64,000 bases of DNA from positions 94,240,001-94,304,000 of the forward strand of contig OX597816.1 in the NCBI GenBank assembly GCA_951406725.2. The letters run 5' to 3'. The position numbers and the translations under genes are program-made. Below the pieces are notes generated by a model. The model ran no database searches, had not been told where the DNA came from, and worked only from the letters and a program-made list of their open reading frames with translations. Below, in pieces: positions 1 through 13,754 of the stretch; position 1 is the first letter of the stretch; each line of letters starts with the position of its first letter. The DNA comes from Octopus vulgaris (lineage: Eukaryota).

Positions 1-118
1 CCCGAAAGGATGAAATGCAAAGTCGACCTCAGTAGAAACTGAACTTAGAACGTAAAGAGAGACGAAATGCTGTTTAACATTTCGCCCGGCGTGTTAACGT
101 TTCTACCAGCTCGCCGCC
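1..118 (-). mobile_element. tRNA-derived SINE family A (Nin-domain type), truncated by the window edge
   Basis: Reverse complement of the GGCGAGCTGG...GTCGACTTTGC.TTTCATCCTTTCGGG head also seen at 20475 and 40007. Confidence 0.8.
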
Positions 119-1107
119 TTGGAAAGAAAAGCAATATTAGCTAATGACTAATATCATTTTAATTATTTTGGTTCTTTCCAGTCACTCGCACTGGCAGTCA
201 TTCACTTAGGCTGTCACTCTTACAGTAATTTTGTGAATGTTTATGAGTTTTGTGAATGTTTATGAGTTTGTATATCAGGATTGATCCTTCACCTGAGGCA
301 CTCAGGTACCTATTATTTTCCATTGTATCTTATTTTTTATTCTTTTACTATTCATTTTTTACAGTTTCTATTTAAGACCCTTACTCTAAGTTCTTTTTCG
401 TCAGGTGGTCTTAGTAGCGCAAACAAGGTGAGCTATATTTCGTTTATACAGACGTTGACCTCGTAATCTTTCAGCTTTCCTGCCCATTTTATCTCTCTTT
501 GAATTATTACAACGGAAGATAACTCAGGACATGCTTCTTTCTCGAGAACTCCTCGCCAAAGCATAGACTTCACCAACCATTAAAGCAATTATGACATAAT
601 CACTAATTAGATGTACGACATTGTACAAGTGTAGGAGTGAAAATTAGCGTATTTTAAGTAATAAATCAGTGCGATAGTAATGGACTACATGTTTTAATAT
701 TCAAGGGCAGAAAGCTCTTTTGTATCGGACTTGGCATCAGGAGTTCAGAAAATGCATAGGGGTGTAAAATACTAGACCTTTTAAAAGGAAAGCATTCATT
801 TTACTGTGTTAGCAAAGCTCCGAGTCTTGAAGCAAAGCTCCAAGTCCTGAGTGCATCCTACAGGGTGCTGTTGCGGCAGCAATCTGTCTTCTGTGATGAC
901 CCATATCTCTTACACAGGCCCTTCACAGACGTTTCTTGTCTGTTACAATCTATGCGTGTACTTTTATGCACCAAGTGCGTATATGAGACGTTCTCTCAAG
1001 GAGGCTAATAATGCAGTATTTGGTGAATATATATATACATACACACATACACACACACAGACACACACACACACACACACACTCACACACACAGACACAC
1101 ACACACT

Positions 1108-1138
<31 letters not shown>

Positions 1139-1386
1139 TATATTAATATTAGGGAAGTTATTTCCGAGTCCACAGAGGAGAGGAGTTCAATTTAGTGGTA
1201 CTAAAATGAATTACTCACTGTATTATATACATATATATAGATAGGTTTAAGAGACAGAATTACCCTCAAGCAACTCAATCATCATTGAACGACATTATCC
1301 ACGATAGGTTCATATAGGACTAAATATTAAAATTATCAAAATTAATACCTTCAATTCTTATTCTAAATCATATACTTTACTTTATA

Positions 1387-1483
1387 TAGACTACGCGCGT
1401 TTCATGACAACAAATTCCTCGATATTGCTGAAATAGAAGGTCTCAAAATATTAAAACGATTCTATTGCCAATCTTCAGGTCTA
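1387..1483 (-). ncRNA. Type I hammerhead-ribozyme-like motif
   Basis: Minus strand reads TAGAC-CTGAAGA-T-TGGCAATA..(~50 nt)..TGTTGTCA-T-GAAAC-GCGC-GTA-GTCTA. Core boxes are intact, stem I is 5 bp, stem II is 8 bp, and stem III is palindromic (ACGCGCGT). Confidence 0.65.
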
Positions 1484-2184
1484 GATTATATGAACTTATT
1501 TTGCTATTTACATCCTATATAAAGACATGCCAAACTAAAATTATATAGCTAGTAGTTGTTGGAATAATTTTACTTTAGTAAATAATGAACAGTAGCTCTC
1601 AGTGTTGGATTATACGATTGCTTCATTTGGTTAGCCATGTTTAATTCGCGGAGAGAAAATTACCACGCAGATAAGTTAACATTTCTTTTTATTAACATTT
1701 CTTGTTCCTACTTTTATTCCACGACACACCTAATTATAAAGTTCTACATGCATGACTCACTCAGTTCTCAACAATGTCAAAACACCAAATTTAATCTATA
1801 AAAATCTTATAGAAAACCTTTCCATCATGACCTACACTGCAACATAATTATCATTCAGTAGTACATCACTTTCTCCAGAATATTTTAACTTAAGACAGAG
1901 TATATAAACCAAGATGAAGTCAAATGTACTAGAGTCTGATGATGGCTTAGCAAGCTAAATATTCGAAGTCACTGTCAATACTATTCTTGTTCAAGAATAA
2001 TAGATATATATTCTTCAAAAATAATCCTTCAGTTTAACGTAAAATTGTTTTCATTATAAATTAACATAAAAAACAAACATTAACATAAGTATTCACCAAA
2101 ACAAATGTTAACATAAATGTTCAGTAGTTTGTTCAAACAGAACATCCACGTTTAAGTGAGGATAAATACTAACATACCTGTATT

Positions 2185-3305
<1,121 letters not shown>

Positions 3306-4069
3306 ATGTGTCAGCATACATACGTGTTCGTGTTTACAATAAAAACGTGCTGTAATATTATCGGTGTATGATATTGATTTCCTATTTATTCATAGTGGGA
3401 CAAAGTTCGTTAGAGGAATTAAAAAAAAACCTGGGATGTCTATGCAGCAGGAGCAACAGCAGCAGCAGCAATAGTAGTAGTAGTGGTGGTGATGATGATG
3501 GTGGTGGTGGTGGTGGTGGTGGTGTTGGTGGTGGTGGTGGGGTGGCGATGGGGTTGGTGCTGGTGATGGTGGTGGCGGTGGTGAAACTTAAAACAGAAGT
3601 CAACTCAGGATATTTTGTTGTTTGTTAAACCCCAATTCTTTTTGATCAAGGAGAGTTATGGTTATATCACTCCAGTCGTGACGATCTCTTCTTGATTTCC
3701 AGAGACAGTGTATCTATCTAGATTTACATTATCCAGTATGTCCTATTTTTTTATTTTTCATTTATGTATTTTCATTGTCAACTGGCAAGATGCGCCTTAA
3801 CAGAAACTGAGTTTGTGTTATTAACCTTTCGAGTTCCCATCTGAAAGCTACTGCATTGGCTCACCCTAATGATAAGTTCATGAGGCGCAATAGAACAGTA
3901 GTTCACAACCAGAGTGGTAGCACCTCAGTGAGAACGTTGTGACCTCACAAGTGTGAGGTTACAAGAGGAGACAAATGTCAAAAGGCATGGCGCGCTGGGT
4001 GGTTAGAGATCGTGATTATTCTGAGTGATAAAAAATTAAATAAATTCTTAGCAAAAAATAAAATGCTTA

Positions 4070-4510
4070 TACAGGCATGCCTCACCCTATATCGTTAATT
4101 GGTTCCAGGAAACACGACTTATGTCGAATTAAGTTGTCTCTAGCCTAGGCTAGGTCGAATTTACTTGTCTCTAGGCTAAACCGATAATAATAATTCCCAG
4201 CTCTGTACTTTATTTATAAATGCATTTTCAATAATACATGGTTAATAAAAACCTATTTTAAGCTTGCAAACAAATAATTTTTTTCTTATTGATGACAGTG
4301 TTCTTCATCCATGGGGCTTCAGATTTGTTATGTACTAAAATCTTATCCTTATTATATACAATCGTCGATACAGTTGTCCGACTCATCTCCAAAGATCGTG
4401 CAATTGCTACCACTTTTTTCACATTTTTCATGGCATTTTATCATAGCCAATTTGTCTTCCAGCATTATAGCATGGCGCTTAGCATTTTAACTATGGATTT
4501 TCTTAGGAGC
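4070..4510 (-). mobile_element. Tigger/pogo-like remnant (N-terminal HTH)
   Basis: Minus-strand peptide ...KVVAIARSLEMSRTTVSTIVYNKDKI resembles the CENP-B/Tigger N-terminal HTH. Confidence 0.55.
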
Positions 4511-4837
4511 CATAGTGGTAAAAAATAAAGTCACAAATAAATGAAAAATCTGTCTCGGAATAAAATATAGATAACTTTATTATGTTATTTGTGAACAGAA
4601 ACATTATTGTTGATGCAGCAACGTCCAGTATAATTTTATTTGATAATTCATCACCTTCTTTAGTAATTTCTATAAAAATCAGCATAAAGGGCATAATAAG
4701 GGAGGCACATAGAGGATGGAACAGAAGAGGAATGTATGGATTATAAATCAGTGCATAAAATAGCTTCTGTCTGATTAAAATATTAGTTTCAAATTTTGGC
4801 ACAAGACCAGCAATTTCGGGGGAGGCGATAAATCCAT

Positions 4838-4980
4838 TTCTGGTACTTATTTTATCGACCCCGAAAAGATGAAAGACAAAGTCGACACCAGCAGCATTTG
4901 GACTCAGAACATAAAACCAGAAGAAATGATGACTCCAAGCATTTTGTCCAGCGCGGTAACGATTCTGCGAATTTACTGCC
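4838..4980 (-). mobile_element. SINE family A, degenerate copy
   Basis: GGTACTTATTTTATCGACCCCGAAAAGATGAAAGACAAAGTCGAC is the reverse complement of the family A body. Confidence 0.7.
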
Positions 4981-5884
4981 ATGCAGGTTTGATTAAGATA
5001 TTAAAATATTAATCTTCCAGTTTGCTTTTTAACTTTTGCTATAACATAGGACGCAACGCCTGTAAGATGCCATTTCTTGAAAGGAGATATTGATCTACAA
5101 AAACATAAGAACCACTGTGACAGAGCTATATAACGAACGGTTCCAAAATCATTGAAGTATATTTATATGTTTATATATTTGATCGGGGACTGGAATATTT
5201 CCGGGATGCGAATTCCCATAATCGAATAAAATATACTGCAAACCTAGAGACATTTTTGCTTCGTCAGGCTCCGAAATCTTCATATGTGTATAGTTATTGA
5301 TGTCTCTCAGCTCTTGATAAACCCTAAACAGATACCTGATTAAAGGGGTCAAGATATGACTACGCTGTCTTTTGGTGGGTTCACTGTGTAACTAAGATAG
5401 CATTACCCAAAGTGTACTTCAGTTTTTAAACGATAGGTTGCAAAGCGAGTGAGAAATTTTGCTGTTTCTACCGGATTGAGCGACTACATCGAAGGCTCTC
5501 TACATGGCATGTGAGAAAGGAAGGTATAAATTATATAAGAGGAAAGACTTATTTGCTTTTACCGATTCATAAATTCATGCTTTACAAATGATTTATAATA
5601 ATGTTTTGATATTAAATATTACTGACGGAGTACTTAATACAGTAATTGTAAAGGATTTAAGAAGTTTAAAAGATTTAGGTTGTCAACAATAATTTAAAGG
5701 CATCACACTGGCGGACATTTACAAGTGTTAAAAACTTCAGATTGCGATAGCCACAGAACCATAAAGGTATTTATTTTATTTATCTTAGACACTCAGTAAC
5801 ATGTAACACAAATTACATAGCTGAAATAACCAACTTGTGAAAACAAAAAAAAAAACCTCCTCAAATACAACTCATACCTCATCC

Positions 5885-5930
<46 letters not shown>

Positions 5931-5958
5931 CATACATACACACATAAATATACACATA

Positions 5959-8745
5959 CAGTAGTACTCCGGTATTCGCGAGGGTTACGTTTCTAGAGCA
6001 TCCGCGAATAGTGAAAAACCGCGAATATTGGACGTGGTCCAGAAAAATGCTTATAAATGTCAAAATATAAAGTAAAATATTATATATATATATAATGTTT
6101 TATAATAATTTAATAAAAATTAAAGTAAAATGTACTGTTACTCACCAATAGTGAACGATATTGATTTAAGACGATGATGATGAAAATTGAAAAGGCAATA
6201 ACTGCACAGCAAAGATTTAAAATTCTTCATGTGACACCTCTTCTTCAGGTGTATTAGGGGATGTCGTATATTTGTGTAAGGCTTTCTTGATGGGCTTGAG
6301 GAACATTGAGAAGTTGCTTTCGTTGTTTCTTCATGGTAGGGAGGAGAGTTTTATATGTCTGCATGGCAGCATCGATGACATTTTTAAATTGGAGAGACTA
6401 AACCATATACGGATCCCATGCTTCCGTCTTCCCTTGCAATTCCTTTGCTGTCCTTAAAAGGTCGGACAGACGTTCGATTGCCAGGTCCACCTCATCCACC
6501 TCTTCCTCTGGATCTGGCGCTTCCTCCTCCTCCTCCTCCTGGCAGACTTCGTTAACTCCAACAAATCGTCTGTCAGGGTTTCAGCGTGGGCTTCGACGAG
6601 GTCGCTGAACTCATTTTGTCGTCAAAATATTCGCCACCAAGTACCTATGCCAATTTCACCGCATTGTTGACAGCCTCGTGTTTTTTCATGTCTTTCAGAG
6701 CAGCGTGGATAACTGACAGGCATGATGCGATCATGAAGTTACGCCAATACTCCTTTAACTTGAAATTCTTGTTCGAATCCATTGCGTCCATAAGGTGTTG
6801 GAGAAAGTTCCGAGTGTAAAGTGCCTTGAAGGTACTGATCACGCCTTGATCTATAGCCTAGATGAGGGAGGTGGTGTTGGCAGGGAGAAACTCAACTTAC
6901 ACTCGCCCGTGATTCAAATCCAAAGAGTCTCACCAGCATTATCCATAACATGCAACTCCTTGCAAACATTTTGGAGGTATTCATTGGTTTGAGGGATGAA
7001 GCATTGCTAGACCCAATTCAAAGTCAGACTTTTGGTAATCCAGGCCTTTGGGATGTGCAACCAGTGGACAGGCAGCAGATTTTTATTCTTATTTTTGAAG
7101 GCCCTCGGGTTCGCGGACTTGTAAATTAAGTCCTGGTTTCATCATGAAGCCATCAGCATTACCACGCGTAATTAGCATCTCTTTGTCCTTCTGTGCCTTA
7201 AAAGCTGGGACTCTGGTTTAGTCCTTCATGATGTGCTTTCTGGAAGGCATCTCCTTCCAGAAGAAGCCCGTTCATACTGAAAATCTGTTCCGGCTTGTAT
7301 CTCTTGTTCTCAATGATCTACCTGAAGGTCTCGAGGTACTTCTCAGCGCCTTTTTTGTCGGCTGATGCTGTCTCTCCATACAGGGAAACACACTTTATTT
7401 TCGACCGTTTCTGGAAACGGTCAAACAGCCCCTTGCTGGAGTAAAGGCTGTTTGCCAACATAACATGGCTGTCCTGGTTTAGGACGAATGTTGCTGTAAT
7501 TTAATCTCAGGAGACATCGTCTCCAGCTGACTATACGACACGATCTGTACTGTCTCTGGAGAAGGCAGTAGTATTGTGTCGCAACCACTTTTCCTGATTA
7601 AGTTATGAAACTTAAATAGTTGCCTCATTGTTACCTCCACGTTCGTTACATTGCCGCCTACTGCAGCAGAAAAACTGGGTCTTTCCTTTTCCTGTGTTTT
7701 CATTTCACTTACATTTTCACTGGTATTACCTTTTCCCATCGCGGGAAAATCTTTTTTTGATGCAATATTAAATTACATCATATACTTTTTTAAACTGCCA
7801 GAAATGACAAAAAATGACAAAATAAATTCACTAACCAGCAGCGGGTAAAGAAAAATCGTTCAGCAAAAAATATTTTTTTGCACAATAATTTCAAAACAGA
7901 AATTTCTGCCCCGTAGGACGAAAATTACTGTACCACGAAGAGCAACAGTTCAGCACAGAATAATTGTTCGGTTAGAGGTGGCGCTGCCTAATTCTCGTTC
8001 GAAATATAAAGTTTTCAAAGTGATACAATGGATACACGCCGGAAAAGATTTTCAGTATGAACGAGACTGGCTTCTTCTGGAAGATGCCTTCCAGAAAGCA
8101 CATCATGAAGGACCAGCAATATTCGTCCTAAACCAGGACTGCCATGTTATGTTGGCAAACAATCTTTACTCCAAAGTACTGTTGCTGAATATTTCTCGTT
8201 GTGAGAATTAAGAATAGTAATTTTCATCCCTTGCTGGTTTGAAAATCTTCCAGCTCCGGTGCTGTCAATGGTCTTGGTTGCATTCTTCAGTGTCTTCTGC
8301 TTCATCTCCTCTGTCGAACTGCTGGTATAATTTTAACGCTTTCTCGCGAATGATGTTATTTGCTCAAAGAGATGTTTTTCTTCATGCAGTCACTTGCAGT
8401 CACTGATCCACAATGCCATCCTGACGAAGTACTTATTTCTCACTATCGTTATCTCTTTGACACTTTCACAGACACTTACTGCTACGGTAGTCCTGATTGC
8501 CACCTCATTCTTCTTTATGTAGCGCATGGTGCTTTCGTTGACAGCATAATACTGCAGCGTAACTTTTACCTTCCCGGAACATATCCAGCAGTTGTGCCTT
8601 CTCATGGAGCGTCATAACCTTTTTCTGGCGCTTAAGTTCACCGCCAGAAGCCTGAGAAGGTGTAGGGCTTTTGAGTGGCATCTTAGGGTTTTAAAAACAC
8701 GCTGTGAAAAATACAGCACTCAACAAAATACTGGGGATAGCTACT
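5959..8745 (-). mobile_element. Tigger/pogo DNA transposon, decayed transposase, interrupted by an insertion at 7440-8227
   Basis: TA followed by a CAGTAG...TATTCGCG terminus at 5959. Minus-strand fragments YAVNESTMRYIKKNEVAIR (HTH), SKG..FDRFQKR, GFFWKEMP, QGVISTFKALYTR and LKEYWRNF are typical of a CENP-B/DDE_1 transposase, with stops and frameshifts. Confidence 0.85.
7437..8227. mobile_element. Nested insertion with 60-bp inverted repeats
   Basis: 7437-7496 and 8114-8173 are near-perfect reverse complements. CCCTTGCTGG is directly repeated at 7430-7439 and 8228-8237. Confidence 0.65.
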
Positions 8746-8907
8746 GGACGCAGTCTTTTCCAAAAACAAAAAAAAAATCAAGAAAAAATTTTCATTCCGT
8801 CTAATATGTGCATACCACCAATAGGAGACTAAGTAGAGATAAAAAATAATTATGGTTTTGAAAAATTTGGTTTATATTACCACTAGATACAGTGATCTAT
8901 ACCATGA

Positions 8908-8947
<40 letters not shown>

Positions 8948-8973
8948 GCTACTACTACTACTACTACTACTAC

Positions 8974-9023
<50 letters not shown>

Positions 9024-9026
<3 letters not shown>

Positions 9027-9579
9027 CCCTGATGCAGGACCAGGCAGTGGCTTTCATGGCTTCTGATCTTAACTGATTGGAAGTGTTATCATGTACATTG
9101 TTTTGTCTTGGTATAAAAGATGGGCTACAGCAAATATTCTGCTCAATACCACAGATTTGCTTGTCAGTTGTTTGACCTTAACCAGTTGAGCATGTCCCTT
9201 AGTGGCTGACGATATGTGCATCTCTGATCACGAGCAGAAGTAGTGGGGGAGCATCATAGCTATATGTTGAAAGGGATTCTTTGGGGTTTGAATAGTTCAC
9301 CTCTGGAAACATGGGTGGTTCTTTCAACATCCTTAAACAGCCCTTATTCAGGGACCGTTTGAGCGGGATGGGCTACTCAACCTGAAGAAAATTCTAACTG
9401 GGCCCCACCTGCAAGGTCATGTGCTGTTTATCTTGATACGAGATCACCATGTCGCGCACATATGGTTGTGATGCATGTGCCTGGTGTACCTTTATCAGAC
9501 GGGTAGTCATGATGGGTATATTGGGCTTCGTATATTTTACCCCAGTGTCACTTTGATGGCATGAACTGCTCTCTCACTC

Positions 9580-9580
<1 letters not shown>
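9024..9580. repeat. Unclassified interspersed repeat between (TAA)n tracts
   Basis: GC-richer ~550 bp block with sharp boundaries inside AAT microsatellite and no ORF; family not recognised. Confidence 0.45.
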
Positions 9581-9666
<86 letters not shown>

Positions 9667-9667
<1 letters not shown>

Positions 9668-10035
9668 GATGGGAAGCACTCCGTCGGTTACGACGATGAG
9701 GGTTCCGGTTGATCCGAATCAACGGAACAGCCTGCTCGTGAAATTAACGTGTAAGTGGCTGAGCACTCCACAGACACGTGCACCCTTAACGTAGTTCTCG
9801 GGGATATTCAGCGTGACGCAGAGAGTGACAAGGCCGGCCCCTTGAAATACAGGTACAACAGAAACAGGAAGTAAGAGTGGGAGAAAGTTATGGTGAAAGA
9901 GTACAGCAGGGATCACCACCATCCTCTGCCGGAGCCTCGTGGAGCTTTTAGGTGTTTTCGCTCAATAAACACTCACAACGCTCGGTCTGGGAATCGAAAC
10001 CGCGATCCTATGACCGCGAGTCCGCTGCCCTAACC
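9667..10035 (-). mobile_element. tRNA-derived SINE family D with alternative 3' tail
   Basis: Head GGAGGCGCAATGGCCCAGTGGTTAGGGCAGCGGACTCGCGG is shared with the 41675 and 52953 copies, but the 3' half is different. Confidence 0.85.
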
Positions 10036-10090
10036 ACTGGGCCATTGCGCCTCCACGAATATAATAATAATAATGATAATAATGATAATA

Positions 10091-10131
<41 letters not shown>

Positions 10132-10134
10132 AAG

Positions 10135-11345
10135 AGACAGAGAGAGGGACCAATACGTAACCTAATTTCAATGAGGCTATATTGCCTCACGACCTTGAAA
10201 ATTATCCTGTTGAAATAAACATTGAGTATGATCATCTAAAGCAACTTGACGTGTAATATGCATATTATACCTCCCACCCAATGCTTCAAACTGCGATGGC
10301 AAGTTTGAAGAATGTCTTACAAAGATAAAAGAAGTACTCCCAAACCTGGACCTATGCCTTAATGTATTTCTGATGGGGGGCTTCAACTTCCCTAACATTA
10401 GATGGCCCGAAAGTGTCATAACCTCAGGGGTGACACGAAAAGAATGCAATCAGGCAGAATCTCTAGTAGATCTCACGAAAATGATGTTCATAGAACAGAC
10501 CATACTTTCCTCAACCAGAAATAACATCCTGGATCTCTGCTTCACAAGCAATATGGACCTTATACTCAACATAAAAATATCACCGTCAACTCACTGAGAC
10601 AATAACATAATAGAACTGTCGATATATGGTCCAAAGCTAATTAATGAATCATATAACACTGCTGGATCTCGAGCGCTACCAACCCGAACTTCTTCAAGGC
10701 TGACTGGAAGTCTGTCAACAAAGATACTCCAGCAAAACTGGCTTAAAAATTTGTTCATGCAAGATACTGACATGAAATTCAATGAGTTCATGTCAACTAT
10801 GCGAGCCATATGCATTAAGTTTGTCCCAGAGATAAAAGCTACCACACATAAGAACATTATTCCCCGAGATAGGAGAATCCTAATGAGACAGATGATAAAG
10901 ATCTCAGATTGCTTAAATAAGGAGGCTAAAGACAGCAAAAAGCCCTAGCTCAAATGGCGCTCTTAGAGACTGAGAATAAAATCAGACATTCCCATGAAAA
11001 AGAAAGGGTAAACAGGGAAGCCAGGATGGTGGAAAATATAAAAAGGAACCCTAAAGTTTTCTGCAAGTTCGCAAAAGACTCTGCCTCAGTGTGATACAGG
11101 ATAGGGCCGTTGTTTGATGAAAAGGAATCACTGACTGCAAACCCCAAGAGGATAAGTGAAGCACTGAATAAACAATTCCAAACTGTTTTCACCTCTCCAC
11201 CGGAAAACATGAAAATAAGCAGACCTGATGAGTTCTTCAACACATCTAACCTACCTGAGAACACGGTGACCATCAATTACATTGACATTACAGAAGATGT
11301 ATTGTCGGCCATTGACGAGATAAACTCATACTCTGCAATAGGCTT
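10135..11345 (+). mobile_element. CR1/L2-like LINE ORF2 fragment (AP endonuclease and linker), pseudogenised
   Basis: GGFNFPNIRW (GDFN motif), TRNNILDLCFTS, IKRNPKVF, EALNKQFQTVFT, with stops and frameshifts. Confidence 0.8.
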
Positions 11346-12204
11346 TTCTCGGAGACTTACAACGTAGAAGCGTTACAGGGCTGATTAAGTCAACCCTATC
11401 CGCACCTCTACAAAAGAAACAGTTTCATACGTAGGCGATATTATAGTTACTTTTCCCAGTATTTTCAATGAGCAGTAACACATCTACGTTAAGCTCTCCA
11501 TCTACAGAGAAATACGATTTGAAACAGACAGATTAAAAGAAGCACCTCCAAATCTACCAGCTTTCCACTAGTCAACAGAGAACTTCTGCATGGTCGTTCG
11601 AATATGTCATAACTTGACCTACAACCTGTACGCTTTAACTTTGTTCGATCAAGGGTTAAGCTAAGGAAAACAACAACAACAACAAAATAAACTCATTATT
11701 TTGGGGAAGTCTGAATAGGCTATGAATACTTCCCCTTCTCATCTAACTAAATAAAATTAAAATTTGAAGGATAATGAATTTCTGAAAAGCTGTTTTACAT
11801 TTATTGAGAGATGTTTTTCCATACAAAAGCACACTTAAGAATATTACTAAGGACATGCTGAGGAGAACCTATGTGAGTTAATCACTATGCAGTTGTTTGA
11901 CGTACTAGAAATAACAGCCAAACCACAAATTACACGTCATTGTCTTTCAAAAGGAAGCTACATTGGATAATGTCGTCCGAAATATACTATTTGAAGAAAA
12001 CCGAATGACCATAACTGTATCTGCTGGACAGGAGCTAACCTGGGGGTAATCTCCATAATCATTAAGCGATGCATTATTCACACAGCCATGTCGAAGATTA
12101 AGACATTCAAAAGAAGGACAATACGTACAATGAAGCCAATACGTACAATATCTGAAAAACATGAGACATGGTCAAATGAGAAGTTTCGTATCTATGATAT
12201 TATA

Positions 12205-12500
12205 GGTGACCCCTTCGGTCATTAATAACCATGGGATTGCTCCTAGAAAGTTGTCCTCCAAGGTACAAGTCCGGGCAAATTTGTTTGTGGAACACCAGTG
12301 ATATTGCCCAAGGGAAAGGCAAAAGACGATAGAGTTTGGCACCAATGATGTCGCAACTCATTTCTACAGCTGAGTGAACTGGAACAACGTGAAATAAAGT
12401 GTCTTGCTCAAGAGCACAAAACACAACCCGGTCTGGGAATCGTACTCACTACCCCTGATTGTGAGCCGGACGCCCTAACCACTCAGCTATGTGTCTTCAC
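12205..12500 (-). mobile_element. tRNA-derived SINE family C
   Basis: Reverse complement of the 39056 copy (TTCTTGAGCAAGACACTTTATTTCACG...). Confidence 0.8.
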
Positions 12501-13211
12501 ATTCATTTGAGACCTATTGGTCCGAAAATAATATTTAATCAATGTAGTTTCTGCAGTACATATATTGATTTCATAAAAAGCAATGAGACTATACAACCGG
12601 AACATATCTTTAAAAAACAATTGAGAGCTTGCTAGTCTTCAATAGGATCCAATCATCATATCTCCGATATTATTAATAACACATAAATGTGTTCATTCTT
12701 TTATATCGGATACCATAAGATCCATATCACTGCATTTCATATCACTGTGCAGTATGTCTTCACCAAGGTCGAGGTTTGGTATATCTGAAACATTCTGTGG
12801 GTCGTAGGTCATCGTTTGGTCAGTTAAATTACATGTCATAGTTCTGTTTACTCAGAGATGACCATGGGCTATACAACACCAAAAACAACAATGGTCTATC
12901 AATCATCAACTGGCAATCCCTACCATTTGCCTTCATTGTTTAATTACTTGCTGTTAGGCAACTTTTACGCGTTTCTTTTCATTTTTGTTATTCACCTTGT
13001 TTATCCTCTGTCAATTACAAACTGCTCAATACAATGCCGATTCGTTATTTGTCAAAGAGAACATGCATACTCCAACGTCACAGAGCATTATTATACTTGT
13101 TATTGGGTCTTAATTGAATTTTAGATTCGTTGGTGAACTGTTTGCATGTTACTATTTTTATATAGTTTGAATTTTTGCATTTTTATATAGTTACAAAAGA
13201 AGACTTCCATT

Positions 13212-13277
13212 TACTTCTCTGTTGACTTCAATCTACTTCTCTGTTGACTTCAATCTACTTCTCTGTTGAGTTCACTT
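13212..13277. repeat. Three tandem copies of a 22-bp unit (TACTTCTCTGTTGACTTCAATC)
   Basis: Directly visible; the third copy is diverged. Confidence 0.85.
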
Positions 13278-13529
13278 AGTAGTCTATTATTTTGTCTCTC
13301 TATCTCCTTATGGGTTATTACCTATCAGGAATCTTGAGTCATTTTCTCGCTATGTACGAAATGCACTCGGCGTGGTGTCATTTGTATCGCTATTCGGGCT
13401 TCCCAAGAAATCTCGTTTCCTCAGATTACGAACTTTTATAGTGTAAACATTAAGCTAACAAACTGGTGTCAGCCGTATACATTTTATTAGTTAATTTAAG
13501 ACATAGAAGTTATATGGGTCAGTTACAGA

Positions 13530-13754
13530 TTAAACTTTTGATACCAACTGTCCTAGAATTGCTTGTGGTTCAATATTATAAATTTTCTATTTCAAAGTAA
13601 ACTAAAATTCCATCACAATTTCGTGATTTTATTTATATCCCAAATACAAGTTTAGTAATGACAAAGTTATTTTATTAAATTTTTCTTTATTTCCAAAATT
13701 ATTTGAAACACAGGCAGTGTATTTCGACAGAACTGTTTTAACGAAAAGGGATAA
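13530..13754. mobile_element. piggyBac-type MITE, degenerate
   Basis: TTAA(A)CTTTTG left end and AACGAAAAGGGATAA right end. The right half resembles the piggyBac end at 35230-35393. Confidence 0.45.

Larger units (their letters stand above)
8905..10131. repeat. (CTA)n, (TAA)n and (GAT)n tracts flanking inserted repeats
   Basis: Tracts at 8905-9023, 9580-9666 and 10060-10131. Confidence 0.95.

Noticed and set aside
355-410. Minus-strand CTGACGA...GAAACTGTA hammerhead-like boxes
   Set aside because: No stem I pairing and a weak stem II.
12640-13140. Coding-looking minus-strand stretch
   Set aside because: Multiple stops and no confident motif; probably a very old TE remnant that I could not classify.
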